DNA from: Scyliorhinus canicula
Taxonomy: Eukaryota
Direction: 5' to 3'
Assembly (NCBI RefSeq): GCF_902713615.1
Contig: NC_052151.1
Coordinates: forward strand, 75,984,375-76,048,374
DNA: 64,000 nt
Part shown: one piece after another, positions 38,214 to 50,700 of the stretch
How positions within the stretch are numbered: the stretch's first letter is position 1
Layout: each line of letters begins with the position of its first letter
Position numbers and translations under genes: made by a program
Notes under the pieces: generated by a model
Databases searched by the model: none
Seen by the model: the letters and a program-made list of their open reading frames with translations, nothing else
Told to the model about the DNA's origin: nothing

Positions 38214-39372
38214 GATCTGCAGCTGACAGAGCAGGCCCATCCGGGGAGGCCCCATCCCTCCCCTCAAGAGAGCACCTCAGAGTAGAGCTCTAAAGATGCC
38301 AACGTTACCGCGGCACAGCTGTCACCCCACTCTCCATCAGTGCAGAGACACACACCTCATTAGGTGACACTAGTGGCCAGGTGCGCCATACAGTTCAGAT
38401 GCACATCAGATGGAGGCAGGAATGCCCAGGTAAGACAGCAGTCAGAGGTCCACTAGGTCCCAGTCAGATTTTGAGCCTCTGAAATAGGTTTACCCGGAGG
38501 TGGTGCAGACGATAGGGTGAGGCCATGAGATTCAGAGGGGGTGTCAACAACACTCCAGCAGGTCCATAGCCAATTGGAGGAGTTCCAGATTCTACGGACG
38601 CAGGAGATGGTGGTGGCAATGCGTGGCACCGAGGTCAACACTGCTAGGCTAGCGACCGCAGTGGAAAGCCTTGTGCATGACGTTGGAGGTGTCCAAGGTA
38701 TGGTGCAGTCGGTGACAGCCAAGGCTGAGCGCCTCAATAGAATTTCCCAGTTGCTGGGGGACATCACCCAGTACCAGGTAGACCTCGTTGAGGCACTGCG
38801 GAACATTTTCCAGTCTTCGGTAGATGGAGCCGAGATGCCGCAGAGCATATCCTTGTCACTGGGGGACTTGACCCAGTCACACGTGGGAATTGCCAGGGTC
38901 CTCCAGAGCATGTCCCAGTCACTGAGGAGCATCGCCGAGGGTGTTAACAGCATGCTGCAGTCATTGGAGAGCCGCCAGGGCTGGCAGACCCAGATAGCTC
39001 GGGGGCAGCCGGGGCTCGATCCAGCTACTCCTCTGCCCCAGGGTAAATCTCAGGGCCATATGGGCACTGACTGGAAGAGTTGGCTTTGGTGTCAACCTGG
39101 AGTCATCCTATGGAGTGGTGGCGGGAGCCACCAGCTCCCTCGAGTTCCATCCCTCTGACAATGCCATGTCCCGCAGTCAGAACCCCGTACAGTGTGGCAT
39201 GGCGGGGCATGTGCCGCAGGAAAGTGTACCGGGGCCCTCCGGCCCCAGAGGACGGCCGCAATTTACAGGATACAGTAATCAGAAGGCTGCCTCCACTGGT
39301 GATGTGCACCCTGGGGACACACCAAGACACAGCAGTAGAGCACAGAAGGCTAAGCACGCCGAGGATCACTGA
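38214..39372 (+). pseudogene. Harbinger copy C: last exon of accessory gene (coiled-coil region), decayed
   Basis: Acceptor ttctcccgcag at 38213. LEEFQILRTQEMVVAMRGTEVNTARLATAVESL aligns with LEESNRVQEQGVVPLMAETQSDTARMASAVEAM of copy B. Confidence 0.8.
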
Positions 39373-41079
39373 AAGGGCACTTGGGGGGAGGGCGGGCGGA
39401 GGGGTAAGGGGGGTGAGGATAAAGGGTGGGGCAAGGGTCTGGAAGGGGTGGGGAGAGTGGGGCGGCACCATTGGGAGAGTGGGACAGTTGGGGAAATTTA
39501 TGTATATCCTTAAAGTCTGTTGCCCTCAACCAATATGATGCCTCTGGCACTTTCTTCCGCAATGCAGGCTGAGCACCAATCCCATGCCTCATCTCCCTGA
39601 TCATTGTGGTCCTGGGCTCCTCTCCCATCACCTCCTGGCCTTCATTAAATCTAAAATTTAGATTTTAGTGGGGGGGGGGGGGGGGGGGGGTCTGTAATCC
39701 TTTACTGTTCCACAGTTCCACCCACAAGGTCTCCACTGGGTGCTTCCCCTCATTTTATCCTCTCTCACCAATGAATTGATTGTGTTTCTAATCAGTAAGG
39801 CTAGTTTCCTTCACAAGGAATTCTAATTCTGCACTTCTGAAGCTCTGGCCTCGGAAATCCCTCGGAGCCGCTCCGACTCAGACTGCCTCAATAACTGATC
39901 ACTTCTTGGTAGCCTAATCACTTTTCCCGAGTGCACATTCCCCAGGGTTCCAGAGATTGCTCGGAAGCATCTAATTACCGGCGTTTCAGCTTTTAACCAA
40001 GCAGCTAGCTTCACCGAGCTGGCACTGCGCTGAATTTCTCTGAGCTCATCTTTCTCAGCTGCCCCAAGTAAATACTGCTGGTGGGCTTTCTTGACCCCAC
40101 TCTCAGTTGCAGTGAACTATCGGTGGCTCCCAGAGTTTCTTATCACCGGGAGCCACCAAACAGCTCCTGGGCCTTCCCCTGAGCCTCAACTGCACAGCCT
40201 GTTCACAGAATGACTGCTGCCTGCTTACACTTCTCTGAGTGACTCCACTGACCCTTGAACCGCTCTTCACCGACCCTTGAACTGATCTGGGAAACCTATC
40301 AAAGCACTCACACTGCGTCCTAACCTTGTTACTAGGCAAGAACCATTGTAGCAGCATTGGAACATTCTGTCCCTTAACTGTTACCGTGTCACAGGGGGAC
40401 ATAGATCAATGGATTTCTTAACACAGGTAAGAGTTTGTTAGAATTTGCCTGAGTCCTATAATTAATCAAATCTCAATGTGTTTAGCAGAATTTGAATTTG
40501 TGTCAACATCAGTTATTGGCCAAATCAATGGCAACGCAAAGCATAGGAGACAGTTGGCTAAATCCCACATCAGGTGTCAGTATCGGCTATTGGACGGAAC
40601 ATTGAAAATACTCAATCAGTATCACTTAACTATTTGAGATTGTCTGGCTCAAGCTTTTCCCTTTGTAATGGTTACTGCTTAACATTAAGCTATCAAGACA
40701 GCCATGATGCAAGTCTGGAGGCTGATCGAGAAGGAATTCACTTCAATGTACATTCTGGGTGTTATGCAGATTATAACTCAACCTCTGAGGTCAGACCTCA
40801 TGGGACAATTGAAAATTTGACATCAGTAGAATCCAGGTTTTCTCATTGTGTGCCTGGAAGAAGCCGAGTTACATGAAGCTGTTGTAGAACTGTAACCGTT
40901 ATTACATTATTGTTGTCTGAGTAATAACATTTCATTTGGAAACAGACCCAAGACTGAATTGTTTAACTGTGTTTTTAAAAAATTCTAACCAGTTTGATGC
41001 TTGAACCAACTTTCAAAAGAAAAAATCCGTATTTACAAAGCCCTTTTCGTAACCTTGATGACTTTTTCATGACCTTTGT

Positions 41080-41315
41080 CTGGCCCCTCAAACAGCAAAA
41101 TGAAAAATGACCAGTTTGGTTTTGGTGATGTTGGTTGGGGGATGTATAGAAGGAGAAATTCACACAGGGTCTTGTTTTAACCTCTGCTGAAACATGGTAC
41201 CCTTGGACAATGCAGCATTTCCCCGTACTGTACTGTAGTGTCAGTTGTCTGCTCAAGTCTCTCTGTTGGGGCTTGGACACACACCCTTCTGATTCTGCAC
41301 TGAGAGCTCAACCAT
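41080..41315 (-). mobile_element. DeuSINE-like relic
   Basis: Minus strand gagacttgagcag...ctgacactacagtacagtacggggaaatgctgcattgtc resembles the Deu domain. Confidence 0.55.
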
Positions 41316-42450
41316 GAGGAAAAACAAGTGTGATGACATTAATAGGCTTGTTATTGTACATAACCTGTCTAGGTGTGAAGTGGACAGGTGAAGTTGCTTA
41401 ATATGAAGTCACCTCGAGGAGATCAACTTACACATCAGTTTTGCACTCCTTACAGTATATTTGCAACAGGGAGCAAGCAAGCTTCCTAAACTTCATTTCT
41501 AATTTCCTGAACAGAGATCGACTCTTTGATGTTAAAATATGTCTGGTTTCCTGTTTTTCCTGATCAGACAGTGACATGGATTTCTAGTATAACTTTTGTC
41601 TGCAAGGTACTGGCTGCAAATTCGGGTCTGCAGGAACTACCTCTTGAGTCAGTCACACCCGAGGAAGTTCTGAGTATCTGAATGTTATGGGAGTTGATTC
41701 ATGCAGCCATGTATCTACTTGCATGATGGTATAGCTCATGGAACCAACAATAGTGCTCCCTTGTGACTTGAACAAGATACTCCTGCTTCTTGCACAAGCT
41801 TTTCTTCAATATCACAAATGGAAGACGGAGTTTTTGTTGGACAGTGTCTGATATGAATCAATTCGTTTCTTTGTTTTGCAGTAATGTAAACATGCAAAAT
41901 CCCCGTAATGATTAGATGCAGTTCAATCAGCACAACCTGTTTACATGCAGTAATATGAAATAAATAATTGTCTATACCTCACTGCATCCGTAAGCTTCAC
42001 TACTTGACCCAAACAAGGGGACTTCTAACTGTCATCCTGTATTTCTAACCCTTTTGTGTCTGGAAGCCTACACAGCTTTCTTATTGAAAAACCTAACTTC
42101 CTTTGGAGCTTTAACTCAGGTAACCCCCTGCCCACAGGTCACACGTGCGTCCCGAGCCCCTCCACAGCAGGCAGTGTGAAGGTGAGTGGCTTCTCCTCTG
42201 TTTTCACAGCATACACTCTCTCGCACCCTTCTGAGCAGGAGCTGGCCCCTAAAGGGTCAAAATGGTGCAGAGGTCACCAGGATCAGCAGAGTTACAGCAA
42301 CAACGCCTGTCTGACCTTCTCTGCCTGGGGCAACACGAGGCTCCAACAGAGTGGCGTGAGGAAGTGTGACCTGGTACCATCACAGACATTACACTTCTTT
42401 CAAGTCTGGTTGTTTAAGTTTGGCTCCTTTTGGGCAATCTATCAACATAC

Positions 42451-45178
42451 TGTGGTAAACACCACTGGTCACACACTATGTGTATTACGGTACTGCCACT
42501 GTACTACAGTTAACACAGTAAATCCCAGCCTGCTGACTCCTCCCAGCAGGCGCTGTATAAAAGTGGATGCTCCCCTGCCCTGGTTCCAGCTGCAGGAGGC
42601 TCAACATCTTGTGCAATAAAGCCTCAATAGTTTCACTATTTTCGTCTCGTGGTCATTGATGGTACATCAATTTATTGCACTAGAATTTTAGAGATGAACA
42701 TCTTAATCAAGCCTGATCGCCTGGAGCTGAACCCTGGCTAGCCTGCTTTGAAGGATACCTCGGAGCATCCAGAGAAGACCTCTCAGACCCGTGGAAGCTC
42801 CAGATCCCCTACTCGAGGGTGAGCCCACAGGTTTTCTCCCTCATTCGGGATGCACCCATCTACACGGAAGGAGTCTCAGGACGATTTCTTGCGTGCTCTG
42901 CGGATACTTGGTAGGAACTGTAATTGCCAGGCAGTGTCGGCAGTCCAACACACAGAACTGCTGATCAGAGACGCCTATGTCACAGGCATTAAGTCCAATT
43001 ACGTTCGCCAGTGGTTATTGAAAGGGGGTATGCTCGACCTTACAGAGACTGTGCAGTTTACTAACTCCCTAGAAGTGGCCTCCTGCAATCTAGAGTCCTA
43101 TACCTCCGACCGCGCGGCACCCTCGTGGGCATAATGGGCACCACCGTCTTCCGACCCAGGTACGCCGCAAGCCTGCGCTGCGCGGCAGCCAGCCAACTCC
43201 AGAAGCCCCAAATGCTATTTTTGTGGCCAGAACAAGCACCCCAGACAACACTGCCCAGCGCGGAGCGTGACCTGCAGCAGATGTGGCAAGAAGGGCCACT
43301 TTGTCTCTGTTTGCCAGGCCCAATCGGCTGCTGCCGCTTCTAGGCCCAGCATCGCTACACCCACCACGTGCAATCCAGGGGTGCCGCCATCTTCGCCGCT
43401 GCCCGCCACGTATGGCGCGTGAGCACCACCATCTTAGATGTCGTCCGCCATGGGCACCCCGTGGGCGCCGCCATCTTTGACGCCATCTTTGACCGCGCCT
43501 CAGGACCCCTGCTCGCCTGGCCGTTCGCGGCCCACCGATACCTCCACCAACGCCGATCAGCCCAACAGCTCCCAACATCTTCCGCAGCTCGCCTCCATCA
43601 CCCTCGATCAGTCTCGGCCCCGCAACCTCGCTACGACGACTGTGAGGATCAACGGGCATGAGACGACCTGCCTCTTCGACTCCGGGAGCACAGAGAGTTT
43701 CATCCACCCTGCTACGGTAAGGCGCTGCTTCCTCCCGATACTCCCCGTCACCCAGTAAGTCTCTCTGGCTTCTGGATCCCATTCCGTACAAATCCGGGGG
43801 TACTGCGTCGTGACTCTCTCTGTAGGGCATAGAGTACAGCAACTTCAGACTCTACGTCCTGTCCCATCTCTGTGCTGCCCTGTTACTAGGTCTTGATTTT
43901 CAATGCCACCTCCAAAGCCTTACTCTGAAGTTCAGCAGACCCCTGCCCCCCCTCACCGTCTGTGGTCTCACGACCCTTAAGTGCGATCCATCCTCACATT
44001 TTGCAAAACTCACCCCAGACTGTAAGCCCATCGCCACGAGGAGCAGACGGTATAGTGCCTAGGACATGACCTTTATCAGGTCGGAAGTCCAACGGCTTCT
44101 GCGGGAGGGGATCATTGAGGCCAGGTCGGCCCCTGGAGAGCTCAAGTGATGGTAGTTAAGACTGGGGAGAAACCGGATGATCATTGATTACAGTCAGACC
44201 ATCAACCAGTACACGCAGCTCAACGCGTACCCCCTCCCACGCATATCTGACATGGTCAATCAGATTGCGCAATATCGAGTCTTCTCCAGAGTTGACTTGA
44301 AGTCCGCCTATCACCAGCTCCCCATCCGCCTGGAGGACCGCCAATACACTGCATTCGAAGCAGATGGCTGCCTCTAGCACTTCCTTAGAGTTCCCTTCAG
44401 CGTCACCAATGGGGTCTCGGTCTTCCAGCGAGAGATGGACCGAATGGTTGACTAGTACGGGCTGTGGGCCACGTTCCCGTACCTAGATAATGTTACCATC
44501 TGCGGCCACGATGAGCAGGGCCACGACTTGAATCTCCAGACATTCTTCCATACCGCCAAACTCCTTAACCTCGCCTACAATAAGGAGAAATGCGTTTTCC
44601 GCACCACCCGCATAATCATTCTTGGCTACGTTGTGAAAAATGGAGTCCTAGGGCCCGACCCTGACTGCATGCGCCCTCTCCAGGAACTCCCCCTCTCCCA
44701 CTGCCCCACAGCCCTGAAACAATGCCTGGGATTCTTCTCATATTATGCCCAGTGGGTCTCTAATTATGCGGACAAGACCCGCCCACTCATCAAGTTCACA
44801 GTTTTTCCCCTGATGGCTGAGGCCCGCCAGGCCTTCAACCAACATTGCCAAAGCCACAACGCACGCGGTCGACGAGACCCTCCCCTTTCAGGTGGAGAGC
44901 GATGCATCGGACGTGGCTCTGGCCGCCACCCTCAACCAGGCGGGCAGACCCGTAGCTTTCTTCTCCTGCACCCTTCATGCCTCTGAAATGCGGCATTCCT
45001 CTGTTGAAAAGGAGGCCCAAGCCATTGTGGAAGCTCTGCGGCATGACCTGGCCGGCAGGAGATTAACTCTCCTCACTGACCAATGGTCAGTTGTCTTCAT
45101 GTTTAGCAATACAGTAGGACAAGGTCAAGAACAACAAGATCTTGAGGTGGAGGATGGAGCTCTCCACCTTTAACTACC
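42451..45178 (+). mobile_element. Decayed Gypsy element: 5' LTR (42451-42669), gag, protease, RT, RNase H; integrase and 3' LTR missing
   Basis: LTR TG...CA with TATAAAA and AATAAA. gag MNILIKPDRLEL at 42694; CLFDSGS; VDLKSAYHQ; YLDN; ESDASD. Multiple stops and frameshifts. Confidence 0.9.
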
Positions 45179-45683
45179 AGCCAGCCCACAGCTGAATAGG
45201 CTCCTCTTGCCCATGTCTCTCTCTTCATTGTTTGCTTATTTAATCATTTACCACTATTTGTAAAAAAAACTAAAATGAAATGTCAAAATCAGCAGACAAA
45301 TGGACACTGAGCTGGCTGAGAACATGAGATGAAATCATGCTGCTTCTTGATGGTGCTGATCAGCTGACCGCTCTGCAGACCTTCCCCAGCAAGGAAAGCA
45401 AGCAAGGGCTCAGAAAAGGGATGGGGAAAAGGGTGGCAAGCAGAAAACAACAAGTCTTTGGCAATCAGGAGGGTGTTGGGAAAGCCCACAAACGGGAAGC
45501 CGAGACAGGATCCATGGGCAGATGGAGGCCGGAAAGGCACACTGAATAGGAGGAAGCCCCACCTGCTATCTCCTCATGGATTTCTACTGAGGTAACGTGC
45601 CCAAACTTTGCAGACCCAGGTGGAGAGTCAATCTGAGTGTCTGAGTGTGAGATAGTGTCTGTGTCTGCGTGTGAGAGTGAGTT

Positions 45684-46908
45684 TTAAAAAATTCATTCAT
45701 GGGATGTGGCCATTGCTGATAAGGCTAACAATTATTATCCATTCTTAATTGCCCTTGAGAAACAGATGGTGAACTGCCTTCTTGAACTGCTGCAGCTCAC
45801 ATGTTTAGGTGCACCCACTGTGCTGTCAGGGAGGGAGTTTCAGGATTTTGACCCAGCGACAATGAACGAACGCTGATATATTTCCAAATCAGGATAGTGA
45901 GTGATTTGAAGTGAAACTTCCAGGTGGCGTTGTCCCCATGTATCTTCTCCCTTGTCCTTCTAGGTCATAGTGGTTATGGATTTGTAAGGTGCTGTCTAAG
46001 GAGCCTTGTTGAGTTTCTGCAGTGCATCTTGGGGATTGTACACATGGCTGGCATTGTCTGTTGGTGGTGGAGGGAGCAAATCTAAGTGGATGGGCTGCTT
46101 TGTCCTGGATGGTGTCAAGCTTTTTGAGTGTTGTTGGAGCTGCACTCATCCAAGCAAGTGGAGCATATTTTATCACATTCCTAACTTGTACCTTGTAGTA
46201 GGTGGAAGACAGGCTTCTGGGAGTCAGGATGTGAGTTACTCATCGCAGGATTCTTAGCCTCTGACCTACTCTTGTAGCTACAGTATTTATATGGCTAGTC
46301 CAGTTCAGTTTCTGGTCAATGGTAACCCCACAGGATGGTGACAGTGGGGGATCCAGCGATGGTAATGCCATTGAATGTCAAGAAGCAATGGTTAGATTCT
46401 CTCTTGTTGGAGATGGTCATTGGCTGCACTTGTGTGGTGTGAATGTAACTTGCCACCTTTCAGCCCTGGATATTGTCCAGGTCTTGCTGCATTTGGACAA
46501 GGACTGACTCAGTATCTGAGGAGTTGCGAACGATTCTGAATGTTGTGCAATCATCAATGAACATCGCCGCTTCTGACATTATGATGGAGGAAAGGCAATT
46601 GATGAAACATCAGAAGATGGTTGGGCCTAGGACATTACCATGAGTAACTCCTGCAGTGATGTTCTGGAGCTGAGATGATTGACCTCCAATCACGAGATCC
46701 CATGATTACCATTGACTCCAGTATTGCAAGACTCCTTGATGCCACACTTGGTCAAGTGCTGCCTTTTCACTTCACATCTGGAGTTCAACTCTTTTGTTCA
46801 TGTTTGAACAAAGGCTGTAATGAGGTCAGGAGCTGAGTGACCCTGGTGGAACCCAAACTGAGCGTCAGTGAGCAGATTATTGCTGAGCAAGTGCCACTTG
46901 ATAGCATG
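45684..46908 (-). mobile_element. L2 LINE 3' fragment
   Basis: YAPLAWMSAAPTTLKKLDTIQDKAA; tail cacatcccatgaatgaattttt. Confidence 0.85.
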
Positions 46909-47220
46909 GCTGTGTGAGTGAGTGGGTGAGTTTGTGTTGGTAAGTGAGTCTGTCTGCAGGGGTGAGTCTGTTTGAGAGTGTTGGGGAGTCTGTGAGTGTG
47001 TTGGGGAATCTGCGTGAGTGAGTGAGTCTGTGTTAGTGAGTTGGGGATTCTCTGTAAGTGAGGGAGTCTGTATGAGTGAGTCTGTGTGAGTGAGTGAGTC
47101 AGTGAGTGAATGGGGGAATCTCTAAGTGAGAGAGTGAATTTTTGTGAATGAGTAAGTGAGTGGGTAAATAAGCGAGTCTGTGTGAGTGGGTGAGTCTGTG
47201 TGAGTGAGTTAGAGTGAGAC
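46909..47220. repeat. Degenerate (GTGA)n simple repeat
   Basis: Direct inspection. Confidence 0.85.
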
Positions 47221-47707
47221 CCCAGAGTCCGGGAATGAGCTGGATACATAAATACACTTCCTCTCCTCCTCCCTCCCCAAAAGCCTTTATATGAAGCAGG
47301 CTGGTGTAATATTACTTGGGTGAAATATCTGTTACTCATTTCTTATGCCGAGTTAAACTTAACTTTGATGATGAACACTTAAAGTCTTCCAGTGATAACA
47401 AATTATTTATTGAGTAACAAATTAATATACTTGAGAGTTCTTTTCTGAAATACATTTACTAGTAAACAAATTAACTAAGATTGAATTAAATTAACAATGA
47501 ATATGTCATAATATACACTCATGTTCATAATGAGATACAGACAGGCAGTGAGGGGCACACACAGGAACCAATCACCACACAGAACAACCAATTACCAGGC
47601 AGGACACTACTGGGTACATTACCAGTATAAAACACACGAGGAAGACTTGGCCTCTTTGTACTGGTGATAGCTGTAGCAACAGTCAGGGTGCAATGTACAG
47701 TCAGCAC

Positions 47708-50700
47708 TGTGGTGATCCTCGCCTGAGTCACCAGGGGGCAGCGCGGGGACACCCATAAAAGGAACGCCGAAGGCCCGCCTCCGCCACTGGAAGCCGGAGG
47801 GGTTGGAGTGGCACGAGGTGCAAGAAACTGAAGGGTGCTAGTCTGTTTGGGGCCTAGTTGCAGAACATTGAAGAGCAGCCTTTTCTCAAGTATAATCTGT
47901 AATTTATTGTGGGACACAATAAATCATCCTTAACCTAAAGACGACTTCGAGCATTCTTTCAAGAAGCATAACATGGTACCAGGAGTGGATTCTCTGAACA
48001 GAGGGAACCAGCGCTACCAGCAAGACAAAGAAAGAAAAAGACAGCAGACAAAGAAGAAACACCAGCAACAGGCAGGCCACCAGACTTTGCAGCCTCTCAA
48101 CTTCAGACGACTTTCTGCAACAATGGAACACACGGTACTTCCAGCGCCAATGAGAGCTACAGGTAATTTAAATTATAATTGGAAAATGTTCAAACAACAA
48201 TTTGAAATGTACTTGTTAGCTCAGGACTTACATACAGCCACCGATGGAAAGAAAATTGCACTTTTAATCACATCGTGTGGCCAGCAACTGGTAGACACAT
48301 ATAACTCGTTCACATATGCGGATACTGAAGACAAAACTAAGTTTCAAGTGATAATGGCAAAATTGGATGAACACTATAAGTCTCAATCCAATGAAATCAT
48401 TGAAAGATTCACCCTCCGTCACAGACTCCAAAAACAAGGGGAGACTATCACCCACTTGGTCACAGAGTTACGCTTGCTGGCACAAGGCTGCAACTTTGGT
48501 GATTTAACAAACTCACTCATCAGAGATCAGCTAATCTATGGTCTTGCTGACAAAAAACTAAGAGACTCACTATTACTGCAAAACGATTTAACACTAAAAA
48601 CTACCATAGAAAAATGCTTGTTACAGGAGCAGAAAATGCAGCAGGTACAGGAGCTATTTGAAAAACATTCCTTACAAAACATCCACCACGAGGACGATAT
48701 AAAGATGGTGAATTTCCCTCACAGGTCGTCTCTTCCGTTTTCCAGGCCGTCTCTTCCGTTCTCTGGCCCGTCTGCGCATGCGCACCGTCCTGAAAGACGC
48801 GATCCCGGAAGTGATCGGTCCGCGCATGCGCACTACTCGCAATACCGGCCCTGGTCTGAAAACCGCAATGCGCATGCGCCAACGCAGCATACGCATGACG
48901 TCATGACGTGTCATTACTGCGGCTCCTCCCACTTAAAAGGGCAATGTCCTGCCCAAGGAAAAAGGTGCAGAAAGTGTTCAAAAATGAATCACTTCGCCTC
49001 CCAATGTCAATCCACAGCTAAATTTCACTCGTCCACTCAACGGCATGGCAACCTGAAAGTCCGCACAGTTGATGTCACGAACACTCAGGCTCCCGACGAC
49101 AATTTTTCCGACCATGAAGAATTCAACTCCTGGGAGCACACGTACAGCATTGGCATTATTAATGCCACAGCGGGACCACAGGCGCTGACGACACAACCTC
49201 GACACGTGCATGCCATCAACTCTGCAAGTGAATGGACTGCCACGGTGCATGTACAGGACTTCCCCATCACGTTCAAACTGGACACGGGAGCCTCAGCAAA
49301 CTTGCTAACGAGCAAAGATCTTGCATCGGTCCCAGGGACGCACGAGGTGTTACCTGCAGCATGCAAGCTCACTGACTACAACGGCAACCCGATCATCTCC
49401 AAGGGATCCTGCCACCTACAAGTTGCCAACAAAACTGTCGTAACAGGCCTACGCTTTGAGATTGTGGAAGACAACAGGTCCTCGCTGCTCGGCGCTCAAG
49501 CCTGCAAGGATTTGCAGCTCATTCAGCGGATTTTCATGCACACGGCTGCATCATCACGCATTTACGAGGACATACAGCTGCTACTCACCGACTACCCCGA
49601 CGTTTTCTCGGGCATGGGTACACTGCCCTACACGTACAGAATCTTGCTCAAAGAGACAGCCATACCGGTTGTTCATGCCCCACGGAGGGTCCCGGCTCCA
49701 TTGCGGGACAAGCTAAAAGCCGAACTTCAGCGTCTCCAGACTCAAGGCGTCATCTCAAGAGTCACACAGCCGACCGACTGGGTCAGCTCGCTGGTGTGCG
49801 TCAAGAAGCCGTCTGGTGAACTTCGGATCTGTCTAGATCCCAAAGACCTGAATAAGAACATTCGCAGGGAACACTACCCGATCCCCAAGCGCGAGGAAAT
49901 CACGAGCGAAATGGCAAAAGCTCGCATCTTCACCAAGCTTGATGCCTCACAGGGTTTCTGGCAAATGCAGCTCGATGAGTCCAGCCGCCTGCTATGCACC
50001 TTCAACACGCCGTTTGGAAGGTACTGCTGTAATCGGATGCCCTTCGGCATTATATCTGCATCCGAAATATTCCACAGAATCATGGAGCAGATGGTAGAAG
50101 GCATCGAAGGCGTATGTGTCTATGTGGATGACATCATCATATGGTCGGCGACGGAGAAAGACCATATTGCGAGGGTGAAGCAAGTCTTCCAGAGGATACA
50201 CCACTTTGGACTCAAGCTCAACCGGGCCAAGTGCACTTTCGCACAGTCCTCTCTGACATTCCTGGGCGACACAATCTCAGAGCACGGGGTGAAGCCGGAC
50301 GCTGAGAAGATCGCTGCAATTCAGAGCATGCAGCGACCACAGGACAAGAAAGCGGTTCTAAGGTTCCTGGGATTCGTCAACTTCCTTGGTAAATTCATAC
50401 CCAACCTGGCAGCACGGACAAAGGCGTTGAGGAACGTGACAAGGAAGGACACGGAGTTTGCCTGGACCCAGGCTCACCAGGCTGAATGGGATGATCTAAG
50501 ATACCAGCTGATGGCAGCTCCAACGCTTGCATTTTTTGACCCGGTGAAACCTACCAAGATCTCCACTGACGCCAGTCAACATGGGATTGGTGCTGTGCTA
50601 CTGCAACAGGATGACCAGTTGGACTGGGTTCCAGTGGCTTACGCTTCACGGGCGATGACCGCCACAGAGTGCAGGTATGCACAGATAGAAAAGGAGTGCC

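Noticed and set aside
40574-40876. 100-aa ORF
   Set aside because: No motif, GTG start, no splice support.
47973-48122. 50-codon in-frame extension starting at an ATG formed by the LTR/PBS junction
   Set aside because: Purine-rich leader can stay open by chance; Gag homology begins near ATG 48123.
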